The notes beneath the pieces are model-generated. The model saw only the letters and a list, made by a program, of their open reading frames with translations. It made no database searches and had not been told where the DNA came from. Both the position numbers and the translations under genes were made by a program. From Desulfuromonadales bacterium (GTDB lineage: Bacteria; Desulfobacterota; Desulfuromonadia; Desulfuromonadales; JAGXHI01), in the NCBI GenBank assembly GCA_024636295.1, contig JAGXHI010000042.1, positions 7,647 to 71,646 of the forward strand: DNA of 64,000 nucleotides. Reading direction: 5' to 3'. This document shows positions 9,016 to 18,283 of this stretch, piece after piece. Numbering within the stretch: position 1 is the first letter of the stretch; every line of letters starts with the position of its first letter.

Positions 9016-10947
9016 CTATTGAGTAAGGCGCTGATTCAGTTGCCTGGCCATTCCGGGATTGACCTGCTGCAGTTGTACCGCAAGTCGCCGTGCCGAAGCG
9101 GGGTCCCCTAGACTGATGTAGATCTGCGCGGCATTATACAGGGAGGCGGCATGCTCTGGATTCAGCCGGGTTGCCGTCAGAAACTCCTGAAGAGCCTGAT
9201 GTTTATCTCCTTTTTTATACAAGGCGGAACCCAGGTTGAAATGGGTATCCGGATTCGCGGATTCCAGCGCGATGGCCCGGCGGTAATGGGTGACGGCTTC
9301 ATCCAGTCGGTTCAATCTTTCATAGGCCAGCGCCAGGTTGAAATGCATCGTGGCGTTATTCGGCTCCAATCTCACTCCCGTCTCCAGGAAAGAGGCGGCA
9401 TCGTGAAATTTGCCCATTAAATTGTAAAGAACCCCGAGGTTGTTATACAGCTTGAAATGCGAGGGGTTCCGCCGTAGTCCCTCCAGAAGGACCTCAACAG
9501 CTTTTTGATGCTTTTTCTGCGCGGTATAGACCATTGAGAGGTTGATGTGAATCAGCACATAATCGGGATTGATCTCCAGCGCTCGCTCATAAAGAGGCTG
9601 CGCTTCCTTCAGTCTCCCCTCTTTTCTGTACGCATTGGCCAGATCGACATGAACGCGTTCACTCCGGGGGGCGCGGCGAAGGTTGTCCTGATGAAAAGCG
9701 ATGGGGTCGTTCCACAGATCATTCCGCTTCCAGGCGAGAACCGCCAGAATTGTTGTAATCAATAGAATTCCGACCAGAGCCGTCCTCCGGGGCAGCCGCG
9801 CGAATCCGGCCATCACCACCATCGCAAAACCGAACATCGGCAGGTAGAGCCGGTGTTCGAAAATCGGATCGAGTGGGATGACCGTGGACTCGACGGAAAG
9901 ACACAGGAAAAACCAGAGAATTCCCGCCGAGACACAGGGGAGTCTTTTCCGCAGGACGGCCGCGGCAGATAGCAGAGCGGCGACCCCGATAAAAGCGATC
10001 AAATTCTTCCAGGTCCAGATCGCAGCAACAATGGGAAGATCATAATCGAGGGCCTGGCCATAGGGGAAGATCAGCAGGCGCAGATAAACCCAGATGACGG
10101 AAAATTCGGTCACCAGGTAATTGGTCGGAGATGAATGCCTGAGGTGGATCAGATCGGGCAATCCTCCGACATCGGATATTCCGCTCCCGGTGAGCATCGG
10201 CGCTAGAAGACTCTTTATCGCCAGCAGGATCGGAACCACGGCAAACGGCGCCGCATACAACAACAGTCGTCGCCAAGGCGGACGCTGTTCAGCAGGCAGG
10301 AAATACCGGTCGAAGAGAATGAGGGCCACCGGCAGCACCGCAGTGTTCTGCTTTGTAAGAACCGCAAGAGCGCCGCAGACAAGCGCCCCTATGTAAAAAA
10401 GCAAGTGACAGGCAGGCGGGTCTTCCGAGGCCTCCCGGGCGCGGACATAAAGATAAAGGGCAAGAAAGAAAAACAGCGCAGCGAGGCTGGTCATGCGCTG
10501 GACCACGTACGTCACCGCCTGGGTCTGCAATGGGTGGGCGACAAAGATCAGGGCGCCGCCAAGGGCCAGCAGGAACCGGTTGCGGAAAACCCTTTTGAAC
10601 AGAAGGAAAACCAGGCAGGAGGTGACCAGATGAATGGCGATATTAACGAGGTGGTATCCGAAAACGCTGGTCTTTCCAAAACTGTAATTGATGGCGAAGG
10701 TTACATCGGCGATGCCACGCGATGAGAAGAAGAGGTTTTGCAGGGCGTCCTGCAGCCGTTGGATGGACCTGTTTTCCACGATGGCCCGAATGTCATCCAT
10801 GTACCAGGGGACATTCAGTGTGTGGGCATAGATGAGGCTCCCCAGCAGAACGATGCCGAACACCGCGGCAAAATTTCCTCTCCATCCCAGATCCATGGAG
10901 TTTTTATCCAGATCAGACGCCCATGCCGATTTCTTCATTAACTTCAA
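9016..10947 (-). CDS. polytopic membrane GT-C-like glycosyltransferase (PMT/TMTC-like) with C-terminal TPR repeats
   Basis: 643 aa. TM1 is followed by WYMDDIRAIVEN (the acidic DD loop motif of GT-C enzymes). About 10 further TM segments follow, then about 6 TPR repeats (AYRKEGRLKEAQPLYERALEINPDY and similar). Confidence 0.8.
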   Translation of the reverse strand: MKLMKKSAWASDLDKNSMDLGWRGNFAAVFGIVLLGSLIYAHTLNVPWYMDDIRAIVENRSIQRLQDALQNLFFSSRGIADVTFAINYSFGKTSVFGYHLVNIAIHLVTSCLVFLLFKRVFRNRFLLALGGALIFVAHPLQTQAVTYVVQRMTSLAALFFFLALYLYVRAREASEDPPACHLLFYIGALVCGALAVLTKQNTAVLPVALILFDRYFLPAEQRPPWRRLLLYAAPFAVVPILLAIKSLLAPMLTGSGISDVGGLPDLIHLRHSSPTNYLVTEFSVIWVYLRLLIFPYGQALDYDLPIVAAIWTWKNLIAFIGVAALLSAAAVLRKRLPCVSAGILWFFLCLSVESTVIPLDPIFEHRLYLPMFGFAMVVMAGFARLPRRTALVGILLITTILAVLAWKRNDLWNDPIAFHQDNLRRAPRSERVHVDLANAYRKEGRLKEAQPLYERALEINPDYVLIHINLSMVYTAQKKHQKAVEVLLEGLRRNPSHFKLYNNLGVLYNLMGKFHDAASFLETGVRLEPNNATMHFNLALAYERLNRLDEAVTHYRRAIALESANPDTHFNLGSALYKKGDKHQALQEFLTATRLNPEHAASLYNAAQIYISLGDPASARRLAVQLQQVNPGMARQLNQRLTQ

Positions 10948-12044
10948 CTTTCCTGCCGAACGTCTGCGATTGGCTTCCTGAGAGCGGTCATCAGAATTGC
11001 CAGAAGTACCTTGACCATGTAATAGAGTCCGGTGATCCCGGCGATCGAGGATCCCCCCTCCTGCCGTTCCGCCATGCGGGTAAAGACTTCGGCGATGCCG
11101 AAGCGGTTTCGTCCGAGCAGGATCACCGCTTCCGGTTCCGGGTAATCGACCGGATAATGCCTGGCCAGAAAGACGATCGCCCGGCGGTCATAGGCCCGAA
11201 AACCAGAAGTATTGTCTGTCACCCGCTGCCCGATCAGTACCGAGTTGACCACCTGGAACAAGCGGATACCGATCCGCCTGGCGAAGGTAGACCGGTAGCC
11301 GGCCTGCGGTTCGAGAAATCGCGAACCGATCACCATACTGGCTTCCCTCCCCTCCAACCCCATCAGCAGCTTCGGGATTTCGGCCGCCAGGTGCTGGCCG
11401 TCCGCGTCGAACTGGATGGCGATTTCATAACCGTTTCGGGCTGCGTATTTGAAACCGGTCTGCACAGCGCCGCCGATACCGAGATTCTTCGGCAGATCAA
11501 CGACATTCACCTGACCGGTGTCCCGGGCTTCTCGGGAAGTCCGGTCCGTCGACCCATCGTTGATCACCACAATGTCGAGGGGAATATCGATATTTCTCAG
11601 GTCAGCAATGACCCTGGCGAGGCTTCGCTCCTCATTGTAGGCGGGTATGATGATCAGAATTTCACCCCGTTTTTCAAGCTCGGGACTTCGCCACAAACCC
11701 ATCTCCTGGATCAGTTCCTTGTTCTGTTCGGAGAGCCGGGTAATGACCATGGTCAGATGAATCAACAGGAGAAAAGTGAAGCCGGTCGTCATCAGCGTCA
11801 GAACACTGGGCGAATAAGCGATGCCGAACAGTCCCCCCAACCGGTCGATGGCGAAGCGGTCGATCGAAAGGTAGAGCAGAAAGAGGCTCATGGCGAACCA
11901 GAGGATGGAATATTCCTCCCTGATTCGTTTGTTCTTCACCAGGCTGAAGATGAAAACGAAAATGAAGATGCTGAACAGAAGAGAGACGATCTGAATTCGG
12001 TCAAATATGAATGGATTGGACATCGTCTTCCGTCTCCAGAGCAA
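10944..12044 (-). CDS. DUF2304 membrane domain fused to a family-2 glycosyltransferase (polyprenyl-phosphate sugar synthase-like)
   Basis: The N-terminal ~110 aa have 3-4 TM segments with the REEYSILWF block (DUF2304-like). The GT2 part has IIIPAYNEE, INDGSTD and FDADGQH. A 4-nt overlap links it to the downstream gene. Confidence 0.85.
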   Translation of the reverse strand: MLWRRKTMSNPFIFDRIQIVSLLFSIFIFVFIFSLVKNKRIREEYSILWFAMSLFLLYLSIDRFAIDRLGGLFGIAYSPSVLTLMTTGFTFLLLIHLTMVITRLSEQNKELIQEMGLWRSPELEKRGEILIIIPAYNEERSLARVIADLRNIDIPLDIVVINDGSTDRTSREARDTGQVNVVDLPKNLGIGGAVQTGFKYAARNGYEIAIQFDADGQHLAAEIPKLLMGLEGREASMVIGSRFLEPQAGYRSTFARRIGIRLFQVVNSVLIGQRVTDNTSGFRAYDRRAIVFLARHYPVDYPEPEAVILLGRNRFGIAEVFTRMAERQEGGSSIAGITGLYYMVKVLLAILMTALRKPIADVRQES

Positions 12045-12139
12045 TCCAGAGTGTCAGCTGATAGTGAAGGAAATCTCAGGGCGGACCAGGCCCGGTGGGT
12101 CCGTCCATGACCAGAGGGGGAAAACCGACCGCCAATGAA

Positions 12140-12937
12140 TCAGGGCTTCATCAGCCGGTAGATCAGCCGTGTGCGCATGGCGTAGATTCTGTGAAATACC
12201 AAAGACAATTTGCCTCTCCACCCGTAATCCGCCGCATATTCACGCACTGTCAAATAAGCCTCTTTCAAGTGCTCCTTCACCCTGAGGCTGCTCTTGGCGC
12301 CTTTATGGACTCTGAAATCCGCAAAGTATCCTTTATAAACAACGGGTTCGACAATCTCCGCAAACCGAAGGAAAAGATCGTAGTCCATAGTCAGGTGCCG
12401 CTTTTTGTCGAGTTCCCCTGCCGCTTCCCATAGCGGCCGGTTCCAGAATGTCGCCATCTGCGGAATGAAGTCTTCGGTCAAAAATTTATGGAAGGAAAAA
12501 CGCCTGCCGCGAAAATTCTTGTACCAGACGATATAGCGCGAGATCTGACAGCCCTTCTCATCGATGATGCCGCAGCGCCCGTAAAGCCATCGAGGTTCAG
12601 GTCCCTTCAGAAAAGGCAGGATCTGCCGCAGCGTCCCGGGGCGCAGTCTGTCATCGGAATTGAGCCAGCCAAGAATGTGGCCGCGAGCCCTGGCCATGCC
12701 GCAGTTGATCGCGTCGGCCTGGCCATCGTCCGGCGCAAAATGCAACTGGAGCCTCTCCCCATATATTTTCTTCAAGGACCGGAGCAATTCCCTCGATCCA
12801 TCCGTCGAACCGGGATCCATGACCAGCAGCTCCAGATCGACATCTTCCTGATCAAGCACCGAACGAACGGCCTCCTCAAGGAAAGCCACCTGCTGATAGC
12901 ACGGCATGATGATGGAAACGAGCGGTGAAGTTGTCAT
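12140..12937 (-). CDS. family-2 glycosyltransferase
   Basis: VSIIMPCYQQ..FLEEAVRSVLDQ and MDPGSTDGS. The ATG at 12937 forms an ATGA overlap with the upstream stop. The track start at 13024 is therefore unlikely. Confidence 0.88.
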   Translation of the reverse strand: MTTSPLVSIIMPCYQQVAFLEEAVRSVLDQEDVDLELLVMDPGSTDGSRELLRSLKKIYGERLQLHFAPDDGQADAINCGMARARGHILGWLNSDDRLRPGTLRQILPFLKGPEPRWLYGRCGIIDEKGCQISRYIVWYKNFRGRRFSFHKFLTEDFIPQMATFWNRPLWEAAGELDKKRHLTMDYDLFLRFAEIVEPVVYKGYFADFRVHKGAKSSLRVKEHLKEAYLTVREYAADYGWRGKLSLVFHRIYAMRTRLIYRLMKP

Positions 12938-13917
12938 GGCAGCTCGGAACCCAGCTCTGCGACCTGTCGGTAAAGCACCTTGGCGGTGCGATAATTCCGC
13001 CAGACATGGGGACTGAACAGGCATTTTGCTGAACTCCGGGCACTGAATATCGTTGCACCGGCTTTTGCAAGATCGCCCAGCATAGGCACAAATTTCCGCT
13101 GTTTCAAGTTCTGTTTCCCCCGGGCAGCATACAGTCGCGCCTTTTCAAGCCGGAAATAGGCGGGCAGCCCCTTGCATCCGTATCGCCCGGCGACCGCTTC
13201 GACCTCCTCGAGCCGCGCGAACCCCCCTTCGGCAGTCTTGTTTGAACCCAGCCACCGGTAGCTGGCCAGATCCTTATCGATATAGAGCACATCATAATCC
13301 CGGGCCAGGCGGATCCACAGATCCCAGTCCATGGCCCAGTTCAATGTTTTATCCAGCCCGCCGACCGACTCGTAAGCACTGCGGGAAAAAAAGGCGGCCG
13401 GCTGGATGATGTAATCGCCGTAATGGATGAGACGATGCAGGCTGTAAGGCTCCACCACCGTGCAGGGTCCGATGGTTTGGCCAGCGGCGTCAATGAAATC
13501 GGCATTGCCGTAGATCAGAGCCGCCGCGGGATGCGCGCGCAAGGCATCCACAGCCGCGCGGATGGCGCCGGGCTTAAGCACGTCATCGGCGTTCAACCAG
13601 CCCAGGATCGCGCCATCGATCTGTTCGAAACCCCGGGCCAGCGCATCTGCCTGGCCATCATCTTTTTCGCTGATCCACCGCAACTTATCGCCGAACTCCT
13701 CAAGCAACTCAACGGTGCCGTCGGTCGATCCCCCGTCCATAATCAGGTACTCGATGTTCGGATAATCCTGCCCGAGCACGCTGTCTATGGCTGCACGAAG
13801 ATAAGGTGCCGCATTATAGCTCGGAGTGACGAGACTCACCCGCGGCAAATCATCCCCGGGAGAGCTGGCGACACTCGAGCCCATAATCGGGCGCGCCTTC
13901 ATTGCTCGTTTTTTCAT
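12934..13917 (-). CDS. family-2 glycosyltransferase
   Basis: VSLVTPSYNAAPYLRAAIDSVLGQ, MDGGSTDGT and EKDDGQADA. Confidence 0.9.
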   Translation of the reverse strand: MKKRAMKARPIMGSSVASSPGDDLPRVSLVTPSYNAAPYLRAAIDSVLGQDYPNIEYLIMDGGSTDGTVELLEEFGDKLRWISEKDDGQADALARGFEQIDGAILGWLNADDVLKPGAIRAAVDALRAHPAAALIYGNADFIDAAGQTIGPCTVVEPYSLHRLIHYGDYIIQPAAFFSRSAYESVGGLDKTLNWAMDWDLWIRLARDYDVLYIDKDLASYRWLGSNKTAEGGFARLEEVEAVAGRYGCKGLPAYFRLEKARLYAARGKQNLKQRKFVPMLGDLAKAGATIFSARSSAKCLFSPHVWRNYRTAKVLYRQVAELGSELP

Positions 13918-15167
13918 CGCTCAGGCAGACTCCTCTGGTACAGCTCTGAATAGCGTTGCGCAACCTTCGAGAGAACAAAATCGGTTTCCACTTTCAGCCG
14001 TGATCGGCAGGAAAGTGCAGCATGACGATTTTTATCCTCAATAACCCAAATGATTCCCCGGGCAAGATCTTCGATATCATACGGTTGCGCGAGGTATCCA
14101 CTTATCCGGTGTTCAACAACATCCAAAAGTCCCGTCGCCCCGAAGGCGACCACCGGCGTACCGCACGCCATCGCTTCCGCTGCGGTCTGACAGAACGCTT
14201 CCTGGATGGAAGGGGCGACAAAGACATCCGCAGCCGAATAGATGGTGGCCAACCTGTTATCGTCATGGATCCGTCCAAGCGATACTACCGGCATCCCCAG
14301 ATCGGGCATTTTATTACGATCGAAGGAGCTGAAAACAAGTGCCAGAGCATCCGAAGAGGTTTTAGCGACCGCCTGCAGGGCCGGCGTCAACAAATGGAAT
14401 CCTTTGTTCGGGTCGGAGATCCCCCGCACGGCGCCAAAAAGAATGATTTTCTTGTCCTTCGGCAGGCCCAGTAAACTTCGTGAATGCGCCTTATCTCTGA
14501 CCTTGAATGTCTCGGTGTCCAGCCCGTTGGGGATCGTTTCGATTCTGACATCGCGAAAAAGTGAACTCGATCGCGCACAATCGGCAAGCCAGCGGCTTGG
14601 CGCCACTACGGTCAGGTTCAGATCCCCCCAGGTCCTTTCTTTTCTTTTCCAGGTCCAGCGGGAAAGATCCCTTTCATGCGACGACCCGAGGACGGGGCAT
14701 GCGCCACAGCTCTGGAGATACTTTTTGCAGTCAAAGGGCACATGGCACCCTCCCGTAAAGGCCCAGGAATCGTGGAGGGTCCAGATGAGCGGCTTGCGAA
14801 GCTTGCCCAGGGTTTCAACCTGCAGAAAGCCCGCCCCCATCCAATGCAGATGGATGATGTCCGGGTCGATTCCCGCAATCTCCGCTTGAACATTATCTGG
14901 GAGCAATGCAGGTGAAAAATTGTTTTCCGGCTTGTTCGGATACATCCGCACCGGCAGCATTCCAAGAAATCCCTTCAGCCGACGTGCCGATTTGCGCAGC
15001 AGACCCGGGTTGCAGAGGATCTCGTCCGATTCTCCGAACTTGAACTGAACAAGCATTTTGGAATCGATGCCGAGCTCCCGGACTCCCTCCTGAAGACGGC
15101 TTGCGGCCCTCGCCGCGCCGCCGATTTCATCGAAGGCGTTGAGCATCAAAACCTTCATCGGGTCCAA
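13914..15167 (-). CDS. GT-B fold glycosyltransferase (GT4-like)
   Basis: 417 aa starting MKVLMLNAFDEIGGAARAA. The C-terminal part has the EAFCQTAAEAMACGTPVV (EX7E) motif. Confidence 0.88.
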   Translation of the reverse strand: MDPMKVLMLNAFDEIGGAARAASRLQEGVRELGIDSKMLVQFKFGESDEILCNPGLLRKSARRLKGFLGMLPVRMYPNKPENNFSPALLPDNVQAEIAGIDPDIIHLHWMGAGFLQVETLGKLRKPLIWTLHDSWAFTGGCHVPFDCKKYLQSCGACPVLGSSHERDLSRWTWKRKERTWGDLNLTVVAPSRWLADCARSSSLFRDVRIETIPNGLDTETFKVRDKAHSRSLLGLPKDKKIILFGAVRGISDPNKGFHLLTPALQAVAKTSSDALALVFSSFDRNKMPDLGMPVVSLGRIHDDNRLATIYSAADVFVAPSIQEAFCQTAAEAMACGTPVVAFGATGLLDVVEHRISGYLAQPYDIEDLARGIIWVIEDKNRHAALSCRSRLKVETDFVLSKVAQRYSELYQRSLPER

Positions 15168-16198
15168 AAGCTCCTCAGTTCGGCAACGAAAGTATCCACG
15201 TTCCAGTTCCGCACCAGATGTCGGGGGAGCTCAAAGGGGTCGGTCCACCGGTGAACCTGTCCTGGAAAATTCGAAGCCGCCCGGATGAAACCCGCCTCCC
15301 GGCAGAGACGAACGGAGATCCGGCTATAATCCTGCTTTCTGCCGAATGGATAGGAAAAAGTCTTCACTTCCTTTCCGATGAGGTTTTCGAGGTCCCGTTT
15401 GGAAGAATAGATTTCCCTTCGCTGCTGTTTTTCGTCCAGAGCGGATAGCGCCGAATGCGTCACCGTGTGGGCCCCTATCGTTGCCCAGGGACTTGCGGCA
15501 AGGCTCTTCAGTTCCTCCTGCGTCATGGAACGATGCCTGTCCCTGTCTCCATGCGCCCCGTTTGTCCATTTTCCAAGCTGATCCAGCCATTTCTCCCTGC
15601 GATCCGGGTCGACCTTCTGCATGAGCCGATTGAGAGATGCGTACAGCATCTTTCGCTGTTCCAGCGAGGCGGCATTCCATATCCGGCCGTAGCGGGAATC
15701 TTCCAATTTGAAAAGGGAAGGAAATTCTCCATCCTGCAGCAGCATTCCTTCAAGCCGGTGCCACCAGAACTCCTGGCCGGTACCGATATGGCCGGTGCTC
15801 ACAAAAAAAGTGGCGGGAACCTCCATCTCTTCCAGAATGGGCAGGGCTTCAAGGACGTTGTCGGCATAGCCGTCATCGAAGGTCACGACCACTGCAGGTT
15901 CTTTCAGGTTGGTCCATTCGTCTTCGAATCGAAGGACGTGGTATTTTCCCTTTACATAGTCCATGTGCCGACGGAAATTCTCGGGCGATACGGCGATCAT
16001 CTCCGGATCGGGGGCCAGCTCCATCACCCGATGGTAGACAAGAATCACGATCGGAAAATCGATGAGATTCAGAAATCGATTTCCCACGGAGCGCACGCTC
16101 CGGTACGCGCCCCGGGCGCTTCGATACGAAGTTCGGGCACAGTTTAGAATTAAAGACTCCTGTGACTTCCGGGCAGACATCAATTCATGCACTCGCAA
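15155..16198 (-). CDS. polysaccharide deacetylase (NodB homology domain)
   Basis: VTFDDGYADN, ATFFV and AHTVTHSAL motifs. Confidence 0.85.
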   Translation of the reverse strand: MRVHELMSARKSQESLILNCARTSYRSARGAYRSVRSVGNRFLNLIDFPIVILVYHRVMELAPDPEMIAVSPENFRRHMDYVKGKYHVLRFEDEWTNLKEPAVVVTFDDGYADNVLEALPILEEMEVPATFFVSTGHIGTGQEFWWHRLEGMLLQDGEFPSLFKLEDSRYGRIWNAASLEQRKMLYASLNRLMQKVDPDRREKWLDQLGKWTNGAHGDRDRHRSMTQEELKSLAASPWATIGAHTVTHSALSALDEKQQRREIYSSKRDLENLIGKEVKTFSYPFGRKQDYSRISVRLCREAGFIRAASNFPGQVHRWTDPFELPRHLVRNWNVDTFVAELRSFWTR

Positions 16199-16222
16199 AA
16201 ACTCAAGAGGAGGGCGCCATCA

Positions 16223-16864
16223 TCAATTGACGTTCGAGTAGACGAAACAGTCGTGTTCGAAATGAGGCAGCTCCCCAATTCTGGCGAAAACGCCTCGCGA
16301 TTCGATCAGCTCATGGCAGAACGGATTCAGATAGATGATCGTAATCTTCCTCGGACGGTCGAGAATCGACTGCTCGATATTCCTGAGGACATCCTGCATG
16401 ACAACCTCTGGAAAGGGGTCGAAGAAATAAAAATAGTTGTATTCGTCCAGGTCCTTGAACTCGGCGGCATCGCAGCATTCGATGGCGACGTTCCTGATGT
16501 CCAGTTTCCGAATGTTGTCTTTCGCTATCTGCACCAGTTCAGGAGAGATTTCCACCCCCCCGATCTTTGAAAACGGGTACTTGGACAGGGAGATGAGAAT
16601 CCCCCCCTTGCCGCAGCCGAAATCAAGGATCGCATCCCCCGGGGCAACATCGAAATGGGCCATCAGCTGGTCGAATGCCAGGCCGCCGGAGTCGGCGTAA
16701 TAGTGGGTGCGTTCTGTCACCTCCTCGGAAGCGTCGTGCTTCAGGTCGATGTGCCCGAAGGAGATGCGCAGACGGACGAGAAATTCGCTCCACCTGCCCC
16801 TGGACAAGAGAGTCGCTGCATTTTTTATCCCTCTCAGCCGGGGTCCGAGTGTCGCCCACGTCAC
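16223..16864 (-). CDS. class I SAM-dependent methyltransferase
   Basis: Motif I ILDFGCGKGG and post-I VEISPELV. Confidence 0.85.
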   Translation of the reverse strand: MTWATLGPRLRGIKNAATLLSRGRWSEFLVRLRISFGHIDLKHDASEEVTERTHYYADSGGLAFDQLMAHFDVAPGDAILDFGCGKGGILISLSKYPFSKIGGVEISPELVQIAKDNIRKLDIRNVAIECCDAAEFKDLDEYNYFYFFDPFPEVVMQDVLRNIEQSILDRPRKITIIYLNPFCHELIESRGVFARIGELPHFEHDCFVYSNVN

Positions 16865-17367
16865 AGGTGAACTCCCAGTTTCTTGCAGCCTTTCACCAGC
16901 ATCGAAGCGCCCTTATTCGCGGCTTTCGCCAGAAAGTCTTCCCGGTAGATCGAAACGATTATCTTCCTGTCTCCGTAGGCTTTTTTCCCGAATTCCAGAA
17001 TCAGGTTCATCGCTTCGGCTTCCGGAATGCTGAATCTTCTATTTTCCACGCAATAAGGATTCCTATAAAGCAGAAATTTGACGCTTTTCCTGGTTTCATA
17101 GACGGGAAGCATCTGGTAGGGATAGAGCCGGCAATCAATCGGTCTGTCCTGATAAATTCGACAACCCTTTTCGCCCAGATTCGGACAAACGAAGCCATCT
17201 CTTGTGGAGATGACCACTATTTCGTTCTCGACCCTCACCCGAAGATCTTCTTCCCGTCCTATAAAATAAGCCTCGAATTCATCTCTGGAAAGCCTCAAAC
17301 CGTCGTGACCTTTCAGTGCGCAGCAGGTGTCGGGGCAGGTCAGGCATGGGTTAACTCGGGCATCCAT
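16861..17367 (-). CDS. YkgJ-family cysteine-cluster (putative Zn/Fe-chelating) protein
   Basis: CLTCPDTCC near the N-terminus, plus CPNLGEKGCRIYQDRPIDCRLYP. Confidence 0.75.
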   Translation of the reverse strand: MDARVNPCLTCPDTCCALKGHDGLRLSRDEFEAYFIGREEDLRVRVENEIVVISTRDGFVCPNLGEKGCRIYQDRPIDCRLYPYQMLPVYETRKSVKFLLYRNPYCVENRRFSIPEAEAMNLILEFGKKAYGDRKIIVSIYREDFLAKAANKGASMLVKGCKKLGVHL

Positions 17368-17436
17368 TTTCAGGCCTCAAATCCTCTGATATTCCAGCTT
17401 TATCATTCCCTCTAAGGGAAATATCACCAAAAATTC

Positions 17437-18159
17437 TCAATAAATTCCTCGTTTTCTCATCTTTTTCAACATGCGAAATTCGATCTGATGGTAAAAATTC
17501 CATGATCTGGTCAGGACCAGCGGAGGATGAACCTTGGGCGGCAGATAGACGGCCAAAGTCTTGAACTTTTTTTCCAGAGCCGTGATAAAGTTATCAAAAA
17601 GAGCTCTGTCAGGGTGGCAATATTCTGGAGAGCGGGCCACGAATATACTCTCCGGGGTGGATTCACGGTCCAGAATATCGGCCGTCAAACGACGGACGAG
17701 ACTCTCGTCGTAATCCACGTAGGCGACAGCGTCCCAATCGATGCTGAGGACCTCGCCGGGGTGCGATCCGCCCCAATCGACAAAGTTGTGCTCGGAGAAA
17801 CTGAACGGCACCCAACTCTTCCTGCCAAAGACAAGAAAGGGGATCGCTGAAAAATCCGTCTCATATTTCACACAATACAAATTGTCGCACTTGCGGCCGC
17901 CGAAATCATCGTGCACCCAGCGGAGGCTGCTCACGATTCCTTTCATAATGGCATGCGCGAGAAAACTGCCCGAATCCAACCGGTTCATCGAAGGATCGTG
18001 CTTCCAGACGAATCGCGCCTTTCTGAGCCGACGCTCGATGAGAAGTCCGCGCATATCACAGTGAAAATCGATATGGCAGACCGAAATGTTCCGGATTCCA
18101 CGTTCGATCCACAAATCGTAGAGCTGGCTGTGTTCTTCGGCAATCAAGAGTTCGGTCAT
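17437..18159 (-). CDS. hypothetical protein, possibly a UPF0489/arginase-deacetylase-like metal hydrolase
   Basis: Start moved to the internal MTELLIAEEH at 18159, because the track ORF overlaps the upstream gene by 269 nt. The metal-type motif CHIDFHCDM is present. The family assignment is from memory only. Confidence 0.55.
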   Translation of the reverse strand: MTELLIAEEHSQLYDLWIERGIRNISVCHIDFHCDMRGLLIERRLRKARFVWKHDPSMNRLDSGSFLAHAIMKGIVSSLRWVHDDFGGRKCDNLYCVKYETDFSAIPFLVFGRKSWVPFSFSEHNFVDWGGSHPGEVLSIDWDAVAYVDYDESLVRRLTADILDRESTPESIFVARSPEYCHPDRALFDNFITALEKKFKTLAVYLPPKVHPPLVLTRSWNFYHQIEFRMLKKMRKRGIY

Positions 18160-18283
18160 AACCGCTCCGGAGGAAGGCCGCTGCTCCCGGGTCGAAGTAA
18201 ACTTCTGCAGGAGGGACCTCAGGAACCCCTTCGTCCGCCCGGCGCCGAAAATAAATTTCCTGCTTTGTGTCCGCTTGCCCGCT

